A stretch of DNA of 64,000 nucleotides from Eubacteriales bacterium. Lineage in GTDB: Bacteria > Bacillota > Clostridia > Oscillospirales > CAG-272. The DNA lies in the NCBI GenBank assembly GCA_045611685.1, contig JAZKXO010000106.1:13833-77832 (forward strand), written 5' to 3'. A program made the position numbers and the translations under genes. Shown here one piece after another: positions 1 through 10,638 of this stretch. Each line of letters opens with the position of its first letter. The first letter of the stretch is position 1. A model generated the notes under the pieces. That model did no database searches and was not told the DNA's origin. It saw only the letters and a program-made list of their open reading frames with translations.

Positions 1-1536
1 AGTGCCGAGCGTGAGGCCGCGGCCGTAAAACACGCATCGGCACAAAAAGAACTCGGAAAGATGCAAGAGCAGATTTCCGCACTTGCTGCTACCCGTAACG
101 CGGAGGAGGATAAGGAGAACCTGATTGGAACGCTTATGCGCGCAGATCAGGCACAGCTTGACGAGCTCAACGCCCGCCGTGAAGTTACCGAAAATCTGAT
201 GGTTCAGCTTCGCGAGGACTTTGAGAAACTTGACGAACTCGGCAAGCGCGGCGACAGCGATATGAAAGAACTCCAGACGCTTTGTGATGCAGAGACAGCG
301 GCGATCGAAGAGATTGCGATCACACGCGCTGAGATGGACGTGGAGAAAAACGCGCTCGGCGATCTGCTTGACACACTTGCTGAGGATGTTTCAAAGTGTC
401 AGATCCACATAGCCGAAGCGAAGAAAGACCTTGAGAATGCGGCGAAAGAGATTCTTGATACGTCTGCCGCAATTGAGCGGCTGAACGAGGAAATTGCCGC
501 ATCCGAAACGGATGCAGGCGCTCTTGCAGCGTCGCTTGCACAGATGAAAGCGACGATTGATTCAAAGAAAACGGAGAACTCTGAACTGGAGGGCGAACTT
601 GCCGCGCTTGAAAAAGAGCGTGCCGCGCTTGAAGCCGCCAGCATGGATTATGAGAAGCGCTCGAACGATCTGCGTCTGCGTCTGCGCGATCTTTCTGCAA
701 AGAAGGAGCTCGTCGTAAACGCCAACGTTAAGAACGAGAACAAGCACGCCCAGCTGCTCGATCAGATCGACAAGATGACACAGCGGTTGTGGGATGACTA
801 CGAACTGACAGCCACTACCGCTGCCGAACTCGGTTATCCGCCTGTCGAGGAGGGAACGCGGGCGCCCATATTTGCACGTCTTTCCGAGCTCAAGTCGCAG
901 ATCAAGGGACTCGGGCACGTGAACGTAGCCGCGATCGAAGAGTATGCCGAGGTGAAAGAGCGGTACGATTTCGTCAGCGTCCAGATGGCAGATCTGAACG
1001 ATGCGAAAAACGACCTGCTTGGTATCATCGGATCCATTGAAGAAGAGATGAAGCGGATGTTCATCGAGGCGTTTGATAAGATCAACGAGAACTTCGGTGA
1101 AGTATTCCGTGAACTGTTCGGCGGCGGTGAGGCGCATTTGTCCCTCTCCGATCCCGAGAACATTCTCACGAGCGGCATTGAGATCAGTGCCGCACCGCCC
1201 GGTAAGATGATCAAGAATCTTTCGCTTCTTTCCGGCGGTGAGCAATCCGTTATTGCGATCGCGCTTCTGTTTGCGATGATCCGCGTCAATCCGTCTCCTT
1301 TCTGTATTTTTGACGAGATTGAAGCGGCACTCGATGAAGTGAATGTACAGCGCGTAGCACAGTACGTAAAGCGCTATTCCGAAAAGATGCAGATCATTAT
1401 GATCACGCACCGCCGCGGTACGATGGAGATTGCAGACACGCTCTACGGTGTTACGATGCCGCGCCACGGCGTCTCCAAAGTATTTACGCTCGACGTCGCT
1501 TCCATGACGGACGAGGATTTTGAAAACGCGCTTTAA
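1..1536 (+). CDS. smc: Chromosome segregation protein SMC, C-terminal part (5' truncated by window edge)
   Basis: Long coiled coil, then LGxVNxxAIEEY, signature LSGGEQS and Walker B/D-loop CIFDEIEAALD. Frame is open from base 1, and ftsY follows. Confidence 0.97.
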   Translation, partial: SAEREAAAVKHASAQKELGKMQEQISALAATRNAEEDKENLIGTLMRADQAQLDELNARREVTENLMVQLREDFEKLDELGKRGDSDMKELQTLCDAETAAIEEIAITRAEMDVEKNALGDLLDTLAEDVSKCQIHIAEAKKDLENAAKEILDTSAAIERLNEEIAASETDAGALAASLAQMKATIDSKKTENSELEGELAALEKERAALEAASMDYEKRSNDLRLRLRDLSAKKELVVNANVKNENKHAQLLDQIDKMTQRLWDDYELTATTAAELGYPPVEEGTRAPIFARLSELKSQIKGLGHVNVAAIEEYAEVKERYDFVSVQMADLNDAKNDLLGIIGSIEEEMKRMFIEAFDKINENFGEVFRELFGGGEAHLSLSDPENILTSGIEISAAPPGKMIKNLSLLSGGEQSVIAIALLFAMIRVNPSPFCIFDEIEAALDEVNVQRVAQYVKRYSEKMQIIMITHRRGTMEIADTLYGVTMPRHGVSKVFTLDVASMTDEDFENAL

Positions 1537-1561
1537 AAGACAGAACATATGAGGGAACCCT

Positions 1562-2485
1562 ATGGGATTTTTTGATAAACTGAAAAGCGGTCTCGCTAAA
1601 ACGAAAAATTCTTTTTTCGGTCAGATCAGTGAGGTCGTAAAAAGCTTTCGTAAAGTAGACGAGGATCTCCTTGAAGAACTTGAAGAACTCATGATCTGCG
1701 CCGATATGGGGGCGGAAACAACCGAGTCGATTATCGACGAACTTCGCGATCGGATCAAGGAAGAAAAGATCACTGAGTCCGACGAAGTTCTGGCGGCTCT
1801 TAAAGAGATTCTCCGCGGACACGTCGGGGAAGGTGAGCCGCTTCACATCACGACTACGCCGTCCGTTATTCTTGTGATTGGCGTAAACGGTGTCGGAAAA
1901 ACGACCTCCATCGGTAAAATTGCCGCCAGACTCAAAAACGAAGGCAAGAAGGTTATCGTTGCCGCCGCCGACACATTTCGCGCGGCCGCGATCGATCAGC
2001 TTGCTGTCTGGTGTGATCGTGCGGGTGTAGAGCTTATCCGCCAGAGCGAGGGAAGCGATCCCGCGGCGGTTGTGTTTGATGCCGCTGCAGCCGCGAAAAA
2101 ACGCGGTGCTGACGTGTTGATCGTCGATACTGCGGGGCGTCTTCACAATAAAAAGAACCTGATGGACGAACTTGCCAAAATTGACCGTGTGCTTATGCGA
2201 GAGTTGCCCGATACAGATCGCGAAACGTTGCTCGTGCTTGATTCCACGACCGGGCAGAACGCCGTTATGCAGGCGAAGGAATTCATGAATGCCGCAAAAA
2301 TCACCGGCCTCATTTTGACGAAACTGGATGGCACTGCTAAGGGCGGCGCTGTGTTCTCCATTAAAACGATTCTTTCCATCCCCGTAAAGTTTATCGGGGT
2401 AGGCGAGCAGATGGACGACATGCAGCCGTTTGATGCCGGTATGTTTGTGGATGCGCTCTTTGATGAAGGAATTGGTGAGGGATAA
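1562..2485 (+). CDS. ftsY: Signal recognition particle receptor FtsY
   Basis: [35 protein letters not shown] motifs; MGFFDKLK amphipathic N-terminus. Confidence 0.98.
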   Translation: MGFFDKLKSGLAKTKNSFFGQISEVVKSFRKVDEDLLEELEELMICADMGAETTESIIDELRDRIKEEKITESDEVLAALKEILRGHVGEGEPLHITTTPSVILVIGVNGVGKTTSIGKIAARLKNEGKKVIVAAADTFRAAAIDQLAVWCDRAGVELIRQSEGSDPAAVVFDAAAAAKKRGADVLIVDTAGRLHNKKNLMDELAKIDRVLMRELPDTDRETLLVLDSTTGQNAVMQAKEFMNAAKITGLILTKLDGTAKGGAVFSIKTILSIPVKFIGVGEQMDDMQPFDAGMFVDALFDEGIGEG

Positions 2486-2487
2486 GT

Positions 2488-3147
2488 ATGAAGGTAGTAT
2501 TGGCTTCCCGCAACGTGAAAAAGATCCGCGAGCTTCAAACGCTCCTTTCCTCTTTGACTTACGGGAATATCGAAGTTTTATCCCTTGACGACATCGGTTA
2601 CACCGACGAAATCGAGGAAAATGGCAATTCTTTCGCTGAAAACGCACTCTTGAAGGCATCCGTTGCTGCAAGACTCGGATATATCGGTATTGCGGATGAT
2701 TCCGGCCTTATGGTCGATGCGCTTGACGGTGCGCCGGGTATCTATTCCGCGAGGTATGCGGGTGAAGGCGCGGCGGACGGTGAGAATAACGAAAAGTTAC
2801 TCCGTGCGATAGAGTCCGTTTCCGACGAAAAACGGGGCGGTGCATTTGTTTCCGTAATCGCCTGCGTTATTCCCGCCGGCATGGAAGCCCAGATTCCCGA
2901 TGCGGTGCGCACGCTTACCCCTGACGGGCTTACTGCTTTTACGATCCGCGGTGAGTGCCGTGGTACGATTCTCCGCCAGCCGAGAGGGAATGACGGCTTC
3001 GGATACGATCCGTTGTTTTACGTTTCCTCCCACAGCCGTACGTTTGCAGAACTCAGCCCCGCAGAAAAAAACGAGATCAGCCACCGTGGCATTGCGATGC
3101 GCGCTTTTTGCGCAGCGTTCACTCACGTCTTTGCCGATCTTTTGTAA
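2488..3147 (+). CDS. rdgB: Non-canonical purine NTP pyrophosphatase (RdgB/HAM1)
   Basis: ASRNVKK, ADDSGL, PGIYSARYAG, GFGYDPLF, KNEISHRG motifs. Confidence 0.96.
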   Translation: MKVVLASRNVKKIRELQTLLSSLTYGNIEVLSLDDIGYTDEIEENGNSFAENALLKASVAARLGYIGIADDSGLMVDALDGAPGIYSARYAGEGAADGENNEKLLRAIESVSDEKRGGAFVSVIACVIPAGMEAQIPDAVRTLTPDGLTAFTIRGECRGTILRQPRGNDGFGYDPLFYVSSHSRTFAELSPAEKNEISHRGIAMRAFCAAFTHVFADLL

Positions 3148-3172
3148 TAGTCAAATTGTTTGAGGAATAATT

Positions 3173-3460
3173 ATGTTAACAAGTAAACAAAGAGCGACGC
3201 TTCGCTCCATGGCGAACAACATGGATTCCATTATGCAGGTAGGGAAAAGCGGTATCGGCGAAGAGCTGATCACCTCCGTTGATAACGCACTTGAGGCGCG
3301 CGAGCTTATTAAAATGACCGTTCTTGAAACGGCACCGCTCACCGCACGCGATACGGCTGAAGAACTTGCCGCTGCTGTCGGTGCGGACGTTGTCGGCGTG
3401 GTCGGGCGCAAGATGATCCTTTTCCGTCCGTCAAAAAAGAAACCGAAGATTACGCTGTGA
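3173..3460 (+). CDS. yhbY: CRM-domain RNA-binding protein YhbY
   Basis: LTSKQRATLRSMA...QVGKSG...RELIK; located before nadD. Confidence 0.93.
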   Translation: MLTSKQRATLRSMANNMDSIMQVGKSGIGEELITSVDNALEARELIKMTVLETAPLTARDTAEELAAAVGADVVGVVGRKMILFRPSKKKPKITL

Positions 3461-4092
3461 TCTCCCAGGAGAGAAGCGGCAGACGCCGCATCGGCATATT
3501 CGGCGGCACATTTGATCCGCCGCATATGGGACATGTAAATGCCGCGCGCGCTTTTCTTGCTGAAATGCACCTTGACGCGCTTCTCGTTATGCCTGCCGCT
3601 ATCCCACCGCACAAATGCGGCGTGGCCGGTGCAGCATCCGAAGTTCGACTTCTGATGACACGTGCCGCGTTCGATGGTTTGGATCCCCAAATATCAGTTT
3701 CTGATTTTGAGGTCCGGTGCGCGGACGTGAGCTATACGTACAGAACGCTTCGGCATTTCAAAGAGACCGAGGACGCGGATATTTACTTTCTCACGGGTGC
3801 TGATAAGTTTGTTTCCATAGACAGCTGGAAATGTCCTGACATCATTTTTGATAGCGCTGTGATCGTCTGTGCCATGCGCGATGGGGATCCTGCGGTGTAC
3901 GAGGATGTTATTGCGAAGACACGGCTTTATAAGGAACGCTACGGCGCAAGAACGGAAATGTTAAAGGTTTCGCCCATAGAGATATCCTCCAGTGAAATCC
4001 GGCGAATATACTGCGAGGGTGGTGATCTTTCAGTGCTCATGCCGCCTGCTGTTCTCAAAATTATGGACACGCATCATTTATACAGGGAGTGA
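3457..4092 (+). CDS. nadD: Nicotinate-nucleotide adenylyltransferase
   Basis: GIFGGTFDPPHMGH, SYTYRTL, ISSSEIR motifs. Confidence 0.95.
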   Translation: MISQERSGRRRIGIFGGTFDPPHMGHVNAARAFLAEMHLDALLVMPAAIPPHKCGVAGAASEVRLLMTRAAFDGLDPQISVSDFEVRCADVSYTYRTLRHFKETEDADIYFLTGADKFVSIDSWKCPDIIFDSAVIVCAMRDGDPAVYEDVIAKTRLYKERYGARTEMLKVSPIEISSSEIRRIYCEGGDLSVLMPPAVLKIMDTHHLYRE

Positions 4093-4096
4093 TAAG

Positions 4097-4753
4097 ATGA
4101 TTTCTCTCAGCGAAGATACGCTTTCCCGCCTGCGTGAGCAGATTCGTCCGTATCTTACCGAAAGTCGCTATCAGCATACTTTGGGCGTGGAAGAAGAAGC
4201 CGCCCGCATCGGGGCTATATATCTCCCCGACAAAATCCCGAAGCTGCGTGTTGCCGCACTCCTCCACGATATTACGAAGCGCGACACTTTCGAAAAACAG
4301 TTGCAATACTGTGAAGAATTTGGTATAATACTGAAGCAGGGAGGCGTTGCTTTCCCGGAATCATTGCACGCTTCGCTGCATGCACGGACTGCAATGTCGG
4401 TTGCCCACCGTGATTTTGCCGATCTTACGGACGAAGAGATTCTTTTCGGTATCCGTTGGCATACAACGGGGCACAATGAAATGACCGTTTTTGAAGCTAT
4501 TGTTTATTTGGCGGATTATATAGAACCAGGCCGCACGTTTGATGATTGCGTCGCCGTCAGGGATTATTTCTGGAACGGAATAGAGGCTGCCGGTGACCCG
4601 AGGACACACGTCGTTCATCTTTGCAAAACAATGGTGTATTCCTTTGACCTGACGCTTCGTGCTCTCATTGATGAGGGGAAACCGATTGCGGCGGATACGA
4701 TCCTCGCCCGCAACTGTTTTCTGGAGCGATCCCTTATGCTGCAAGGCAATTGA
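4097..4753 (+). CDS. yqeK: HD-domain Ap4A hydrolase YqeK
   Basis: RYQHTLGV, LLHDITK, HTTG, YLADYIEPGR motifs. Start placed at ATG 4097, just after the nadD stop. Confidence 0.92.
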   Translation: MISLSEDTLSRLREQIRPYLTESRYQHTLGVEEEAARIGAIYLPDKIPKLRVAALLHDITKRDTFEKQLQYCEEFGIILKQGGVAFPESLHASLHARTAMSVAHRDFADLTDEEILFGIRWHTTGHNEMTVFEAIVYLADYIEPGRTFDDCVAVRDYFWNGIEAAGDPRTHVVHLCKTMVYSFDLTLRALIDEGKPIAADTILARNCFLERSLMLQGN

Positions 4754-4833
4754 TGCTTTGGGTGTATCCTTTGCTTCATATCTTTGACTAAAAATTCTCG
4801 GAAAGGATTTGGCTGCGTTGGCAGCAGAAAACT

Positions 4834-6018
4834 ATGAGATATAATAGAAGGCGTTTGTATGGACCGACACGCGGTCAGCAAGTGGCTGTTCTGTGTGTTG
4901 TTCTTGCTATCACGATGATTACTCTTGCTGCGGCGTTCGTGTTTTTGTACAAGCCGAATACAAGCCCGAAACTTCCGTTTTCGACCGATACGGGTGATCA
5001 GCCGCATCAGCCGAGTGAATCAACAGGCGAAGATGATACCCCTAAGCCTGTCGTGCCGATTTACACCGCACGTGAGGACGTGTACAATTTTCTTATCATC
5101 GGACACGACCGCACTGCTAAATTGGCAGACGTGATTATGCTCGTCCATTACGACGTTCAGGCGAAATCCGTTTCTGTTATGCAGATCCCGCGAGATACCT
5201 ACGTGGAAGTCGGTAGCAATGTGCCGAAGATCAACGTATTGTTTGCTGCCTATTATAACCGCGCTGCCGCCGATCGCGTAAAGAACCCGACAAAAGTGGC
5301 GGCGGAGAAACTTGCGGAAGTGTTGGAACAGAACCTTTGTATTCAGATACAGTATACGGCTGTTATGAACCTCGACGGTTTTGCCGGTATCGTTGACGCC
5401 ATCGGCGGTGTCGATATCGACATTCCGTACGATATGGATTACGATGATCCCGATCAGGATCTCCATATCCATTTGAAGGCAGGACCGACCCATCTTACCG
5501 GTGAACTGGCAGAAGGATTTGTTCGCTTCAGAGATTCTTACGTCCAGGCGGACATCGGGCGTATGAATGCGCAGAAACTGTTTATGGCGGCTTTCCTTGA
5601 TAAGTTGAAGTCCTCCATAAGCATCACGAATCTATCAGTAATTTCCAATCTTGCAAACGAGGTTGTCTCCAATCTTACGACAGATATTACCGCCGCGGAC
5701 GTAACGTATTTTGGAAAAAATGCGCTTTCCGTTGACTTTTCCAACATTACGCTTCTGACGATTCCCGGTGACAGCGTAAAGAGCAACGGCTCATGGTACT
5801 ATGTTATCAACCGAAATGCTACGCGTGCCGCTATCAACACGTATTTCAATATTTACGATAACGGTATTACTGATTCCATTTTTGATAAAAACGGCGTATT
5901 TAACGATGAATCCTCCGAGACGATTTCTACTGCTTACAACGCTGAAAATCCCGCTCTTGATTTCCAATTCAAAGTGGATGACGTTCTAGACAGTTCCATT
6001 GATATCCCGCACAACTGA
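4834..6018 (+). CDS. LCP (LytR-CpsA-Psr) family cell-wall polymer ligase
   Basis: N-terminal TM helix; ADVIML, SIPRD-like QIPRDTYV, VDAIGGV, FVRFR, DIGRMNAQ. Confidence 0.92.
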   Translation: MRYNRRRLYGPTRGQQVAVLCVVLAITMITLAAAFVFLYKPNTSPKLPFSTDTGDQPHQPSESTGEDDTPKPVVPIYTAREDVYNFLIIGHDRTAKLADVIMLVHYDVQAKSVSVMQIPRDTYVEVGSNVPKINVLFAAYYNRAAADRVKNPTKVAAEKLAEVLEQNLCIQIQYTAVMNLDGFAGIVDAIGGVDIDIPYDMDYDDPDQDLHIHLKAGPTHLTGELAEGFVRFRDSYVQADIGRMNAQKLFMAAFLDKLKSSISITNLSVISNLANEVVSNLTTDITAADVTYFGKNALSVDFSNITLLTIPGDSVKSNGSWYYVINRNATRAAINTYFNIYDNGITDSIFDKNGVFNDESSETISTAYNAENPALDFQFKVDDVLDSSIDIPHN

Positions 6019-6055
6019 TTTACTGACCGCATAACGAAAGGAATATTACAAACAC

Positions 6056-6472
6056 ATGGATAGAGAAGAACTTCTCGAAGCAACCGCTCAACAGCCTTTG
6101 GTGGATAAAAACGCAGCGCCAAAAGAGCTTGCGGAGGCAATCGTTACCGTTCTGGATGCGAAAAAGGCAAGAAATATAAAGCTTCTTTACGTGGAAGAAC
6201 AGACAAGCATCACGGCGTATTTTGTCCTATGTACGGCTAATTCTCGCACACAGGTACGCGCGTTCATTGACGAGATCGAATATAAACTTTCACTTTCCGG
6301 TATACTGCCGGATCACATTGAAGGTGTCGATGCCTCCGGATGGATGCTGATCGATTACGGTTCCGTGATCGTACACGTTTTCAACCGCGAAGCACGTGAG
6401 TTTTACAATCTTGAAAAACTCTACGCTGAGAACAGCGAAGTGGATATTACCGGCCTTCTCAAGGAAGACTAA
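6056..6472 (+). CDS. rsfS: Ribosome silencing factor
   Basis: KKARNIKLL...YFVLCTANS...WMLIDYGSVIVHVF...REFYNLEKL. Confidence 0.95.
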   Translation: MDREELLEATAQQPLVDKNAAPKELAEAIVTVLDAKKARNIKLLYVEEQTSITAYFVLCTANSRTQVRAFIDEIEYKLSLSGILPDHIEGVDASGWMLIDYGSVIVHVFNREAREFYNLEKLYAENSEVDITGLLKED

Positions 6473-6519
6473 GTCGCATTTATACTGACTCTAAGTAAAT
6501 ATTTGACAGAGGAAGCAAC

Positions 6520-8937
6520 ATGAAGTACGAATTTAGCAGAATCGACGAAAAATGGCAACAGAGATGGGAAAAAGAAGGTGCATTCAACGCCGAGGATTAT
6601 TCTACCAAACCGAAATTTTACGGCCTTGTTGAATTTCCATATCCGTCCGGATCCGGTATGCACGTCGGACACATCAAGGCGTATTCCGGCCTTGAAGTAG
6701 TTTCCCGCAAGAGAAGAAAGGAAGGATACAACGTCCTTTTCCCCATCGGATTTGATGCATACGGTCTGCCAACCGAGAACTCGGCAATCAAGTTCAACAC
6801 ACACCCTCGCATCTTGACGGATAGAAACATCGAGAAATTCACCTCTCAGCTCAAGCGTGTCGGCTTCTCCTTCGATTGGAACCGCGTAATTGATACGACG
6901 GATGAGAACTACTACAAATGGACACAGTGGATCTTCCGCAAAATGTTTGACGAGGGACTCGTGTTCCGCGCCAAAACGCTTGTAAACTATTGTCCGCACT
7001 GTAAGGTCGTCCTTTCAAACGAGGACTCCCAGGGCGGTAAGTGTGACATCTGCCACAACGACATCGTACAGAAGTCAAAGGACGTTTGGTATCTGCGGAT
7101 TACCCAGTATGCGGACAAGCTTCTCGAGGGTCTCGACCACGTCGATTATCTCCCGAACGTTCGACTCCAGCAGGAGAACTGGATCGGACGCTCCACCGGC
7201 GCTTTCGCCGACTTTGCTCTGGTAGATGCTGACGGGGTGTCTCTCGGCGAATCTCTCCGCATTTACACTACCCGCTGTGATACGATGTTCGGCGTAACGT
7301 TTATGGTTATCGCACCCGAACATCCCGTCCTTGAAAAGTATGCGGACAAACTGAAAAACACCGAAGCGCTTGACGCGTATAAGGTGGAGTGCTCGAAGAA
7401 AACAGAGTTCGAGCGTACTCAGCTCGTTAAGGATAAGACGGGCGTTTGCCTTGACGGCATCTATGCCGTAAACCCCGCAAACGGCAAACAGATCCCGATC
7501 TACATTTCCGACTACGTAATGATGGGTTACGGTACGGGTGCAATTATGGCGGTTCCGGCGCACGATGAGCGCGATTACGAGTTTGCCAAGAAATTCGGTA
7601 TTGACATTATCGAAGTTATCAAAGGCGGCGATATTGAAAAAGAAGCATACACCGGCGACGGTGAAATGGTGAACTCCGACTTTTTGAACGGTATCAAGAC
7701 GAAAGCCGAAGCAATTGAAACGATGCTCAAATACCTCGGCGAGAAGGGCATTGGCGAGAAGGGCGTTCAGTACAAGATGAAGGACTGGGCGTTCAACCGT
7801 CAGAGATACTGGGGTGAGCCGATTCCGATCGTACACTGTGAGCATTGCGGTGACGTTGGCGTTCCGTATGAGGAACTACCGCTGAAATTGCCCGTTCTTG
7901 AAAATTTCGCTCCCGGTGAAGGCGGAGAAAGCCCGCTTGCCAAGATCGAATCGTTCGTTAACTGCACTTGCCCGAAATGCGGCAAGCCTGCAAAGCGCGA
8001 AACGGATACGATGCCGCAGTGGGCAGGATCTTCCTGGTACTTCCTCCGTTACATTGATCCGGATAATGCCGAGAAGTTTGCCGATCCCGAGAAGCTGAAA
8101 TACTGGCTGCCGGTTGACTGGTACAACGGCGGTATGGAGCATGTCACCCGACACATGATCTACTCCCGCTTCTGGCACCACTTCCTCTACGATATTGGAA
8201 CGGTGCCTGTTAACGAGCCGTATGCGAAGCGTACGGCACAGGGACTGATTCTCGGCCCCGATGGAGAGAAGATGAGCAAATCCAAGGGCAACGTCGTGGA
8301 TCCTAACGACGTAATTGACGAATACGGCGCGGACGTTCTGCGTGTATACGTTCTCTTTATGGGCGAGTACGGATCCGCAGCTCCGTGGAATGACAGCTCC
8401 GTGCGCGGATGTAAGCGCTTCCTTGACCGTGTCGGCGCGCTGACTGATATTGCGTCCGGACGCGGAGTCACCCCTGAGCTCGAAACCGCCTTCCATAAGA
8501 CTGTCAAAAAGGTTTCAAGCGATATTGAAGAGATGAAGTACAATACCGCGATCGCGGCAATGATGACGCTCCTGAACGATATTTATGAGGTAGGCCGCAT
8601 CACGCTTGACGAACTGGAAACGTTCATCTCTATCCTGAATCCGTTTGCTCCGCATATCACCGAGGAGATTTGGGAGATCATCGGCGGCAAGGACCTTCTC
8701 AGCCTTAGAGCATGGCCCACGTACGACGAGGCAAAAACGCAGGATGCCACGATCGAAATCGCAGTACAGATCTCCGGCAAACTGAAAAATACGATTACGA
8801 TTGCAGCAGACGCTTCCAAAGAAGAGGCGATCGCCGCCGCAAAGGCAGATGAAAAGGTTGCGGCATCCCTCGAAGGGAAGAGCATCGTAAAAGAAATTTA
8901 TGTCCCCGGTAGAATCGTTAATATCGTTGCAAAATAA
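6520..8937 (+). CDS. leuS: Leucine--tRNA ligase
   Basis: FPYPSGSGMHVGH (HIGH), GAIMAVPAHDERD editing domain, KMSKSKGN. Confidence 0.98.
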   Translation: MKYEFSRIDEKWQQRWEKEGAFNAEDYSTKPKFYGLVEFPYPSGSGMHVGHIKAYSGLEVVSRKRRKEGYNVLFPIGFDAYGLPTENSAIKFNTHPRILTDRNIEKFTSQLKRVGFSFDWNRVIDTTDENYYKWTQWIFRKMFDEGLVFRAKTLVNYCPHCKVVLSNEDSQGGKCDICHNDIVQKSKDVWYLRITQYADKLLEGLDHVDYLPNVRLQQENWIGRSTGAFADFALVDADGVSLGESLRIYTTRCDTMFGVTFMVIAPEHPVLEKYADKLKNTEALDAYKVECSKKTEFERTQLVKDKTGVCLDGIYAVNPANGKQIPIYISDYVMMGYGTGAIMAVPAHDERDYEFAKKFGIDIIEVIKGGDIEKEAYTGDGEMVNSDFLNGIKTKAEAIETMLKYLGEKGIGEKGVQYKMKDWAFNRQRYWGEPIPIVHCEHCGDVGVPYEELPLKLPVLENFAPGEGGESPLAKIESFVNCTCPKCGKPAKRETDTMPQWAGSSWYFLRYIDPDNAEKFADPEKLKYWLPVDWYNGGMEHVTRHMIYSRFWHHFLYDIGTVPVNEPYAKRTAQGLILGPDGEKMSKSKGNVVDPNDVIDEYGADVLRVYVLFMGEYGSAAPWNDSSVRGCKRFLDRVGALTDIASGRGVTPELETAFHKTVKKVSSDIEEMKYNTAIAAMMTLLNDIYEVGRITLDELETFISILNPFAPHITEEIWEIIGGKDLLSLRAWPTYDEAKTQDATIEIAVQISGKLKNTITIAADASKEEAIAAAKADEKVAASLEGKSIVKEIYVPGRIVNIVAK

Positions 8938-8997
8938 CCGGCACTTAATTTGCGGATAATCAGCGGCGTGTTTTTGGAGAAATTTCCGAATTTTCTA

Positions 8998-9026
8998 TTG
9001 ACAACCCTGGATTAGTGGAGTATAAT
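8998..9026 (+). promoter_or_regulatory. Sigma-A promoter for rpsU
   Basis: TTGACA-17 bp-TATAAT, exact consensus. Confidence 0.85.
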
Positions 9027-9078
9027 ATTTGGGAGATGTACATTATCTCGTGTGCCTAATGCGAAGGGAGGGATATGG

Positions 9079-9255
9079 ATGGCAGAGATCAGAGTTAAGG
9101 ATAATGAATCGCTTGACAGTGCGCTTCGTAGATTCAAGCGTCAGTGTCAGAGATCCGGCATTCAGGCCGAGCTTCGCAAGAGAGAATGCTACGAGAAGCC
9201 GAGTGTCAAGAGAAAGAAGAAGTCCGAGGCGGCAAGAAAACGTAAGTATAAATAA
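9079..9255 (+). CDS. rpsU: 30S ribosomal protein S21
   Basis: [21 protein letters not shown]...[19 protein letters not shown]; GGGAGG RBS upstream of ATG 9079. Confidence 0.98.
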   Translation: MAEIRVKDNESLDSALRRFKRQCQRSGIQAELRKRECYEKPSVKRKKKSEAARKRKYK

Positions 9256-9313
9256 TTATATTTATGTAAAGAGAGAGAATTTTTCTCTCTCTTTTCTCTT
9301 GTTTTGGTAATCC

Positions 9314-9342
9314 TTGACAATGCACGTATTTTGTGCTATAAT
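9314..9342 (+). promoter_or_regulatory. Sigma-A promoter for the NahK-like kinase
   Basis: TTGACA-17 bp-TATAAT, exact consensus. Confidence 0.85.
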
Positions 9343-9409
9343 ACTTTTAATATACTGTATAACAGGAGTTACATTTTATAAATGCCGCAAGGTATAGGGA
9401 GGTTTGGTC

Positions 9410-10501
9410 ATGGATCCCATCTTAGATGTTGCATCACAGTTCCAGTACGCAGGAACTCCCGTTTCTGCGGTCCCTTGTCATGTCGGACATATTAACAGCA
9501 CGTACTTTATTACTTGCGACGGGGAGAACGCGGTTCGCTATATTCTCCAGAAAATTAACACCAATGTCTTCACAAAACCAGTTGAGGTTGTGGAGAACAT
9601 GGTTGCCGTCTGCGATCATCTGAGGGGAAAGATCAGAGCCGAAGGCGGAGACGTTGACAGAGAAACGATTGCAATTATTCCCACACGAGACGGAAAGATG
9701 TACTACGTTTCACCTGAGGGTGAGTATTGGCGTACATACCGTGCAATAGAGGGCGTTGTTACTTATAATCTTGCTGAGTCCACGGAAATGTTCCGATCTG
9801 CCGCCTCTGCGTTCGGCCGTTTCTTTAACCGCCTTTCTGATTTTCCGGCTGAACGGTTGCATGTAACAATTCCTAATTTCCATAATACAGTCAGCCGTTT
9901 TGCAGATTTTAAAAAGGCTGTAGCTGAAAACAAAGCCGGAAGAGCCGAGGGAGCCGCCGAAGAAATTGCATTTGCACTGGCCCACGAGGGAATTTGTTCC
10001 TTTATTATGGAAGGCATTGAGACTGGCCGGTTCAAGTTAGGGGTTACCCATAATGACACGAAACTCAACAACATTTTGATTGACAAAGAATCCGGCCGAG
10101 GCATATGTATTATAGATATGGATACCGTAATGCCCGGAAGCCTTTTGTTTGATTTCGGTGATGCAATCCGTTTTGGTGCATCCAGCGCTCTTGAGGATGA
10201 AACGGACCTTGAAAAGGTTTACATAGACCACACTATGTTTGAGGCGTATGTTGACGGCTTCCTCAGCGAGCTTCGCGAAGCTGTGAATGAAGACGAAATC
10301 CGTGCTTTCCCCATGGCTGCGCGTGTTATAACCTTTGAGACAGGTATTAGGTTCCTTACTGACTACCTGAATGGGGATGTGTATTTCCGCACGTCGCATC
10401 CGGGTCATAATCTTGAACGCGCACGAAATCAGTTCAAATTGGTAGCTGACGGTGAAGAACGATATGATGAACTTTGTAAGATTGTCGAAAAATATATCTG
10501 A
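9410..10501 (+). CDS. Aminoglycoside-phosphotransferase-fold kinase, N-acetylhexosamine 1-kinase (NahK)-like
   Basis: GHINSTY, YILQKIN, HNDTKLNN (Brenner motif), IIDMDTVMPG, DFGDAIR, FLTDYLNGDVYF. GGAGG RBS 7 nt before ATG 9410. Confidence 0.8.
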   Translation: MDPILDVASQFQYAGTPVSAVPCHVGHINSTYFITCDGENAVRYILQKINTNVFTKPVEVVENMVAVCDHLRGKIRAEGGDVDRETIAIIPTRDGKMYYVSPEGEYWRTYRAIEGVVTYNLAESTEMFRSAASAFGRFFNRLSDFPAERLHVTIPNFHNTVSRFADFKKAVAENKAGRAEGAAEEIAFALAHEGICSFIMEGIETGRFKLGVTHNDTKLNNILIDKESGRGICIIDMDTVMPGSLLFDFGDAIRFGASSALEDETDLEKVYIDHTMFEAYVDGFLSELREAVNEDEIRAFPMAARVITFETGIRFLTDYLNGDVYFRTSHPGHNLERARNQFKLVADGEERYDELCKIVEKYI

Positions 10502-10594
10502 TAAAATCGCCGAGTTGTTGCACGAATGTGCGTGATAACTCCGCGATATATCCTCTCGGAATTTTAAATGTTCGGGTTATAAGCGCAAATGTTT

Positions 10595-10638
10595 AGGGCT
10601 GACGCATTCAAGTGCGTCAGCCCTGTTTTTATTTTTTT
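10595..10638 (+). terminator. Intrinsic terminator between the convergent kinase and ROK genes
   Basis: AGGGCTGACGCA-ttcaag-TGCGTCAGCCCT followed by a T tract. Confidence 0.75.

Noticed and set aside
6473-6519. T-box leaders upstream of leuS, gltX and glnS
   Set aside because: The intergenic gaps are under 50 bp, too short for a T-box, and lack the T-box motif.
10511-10545. Imperfect hairpin after the kinase gene as a REP-like element or sRNA
   Set aside because: Single copy with weak pairing; no second occurrence was noticed in the window.
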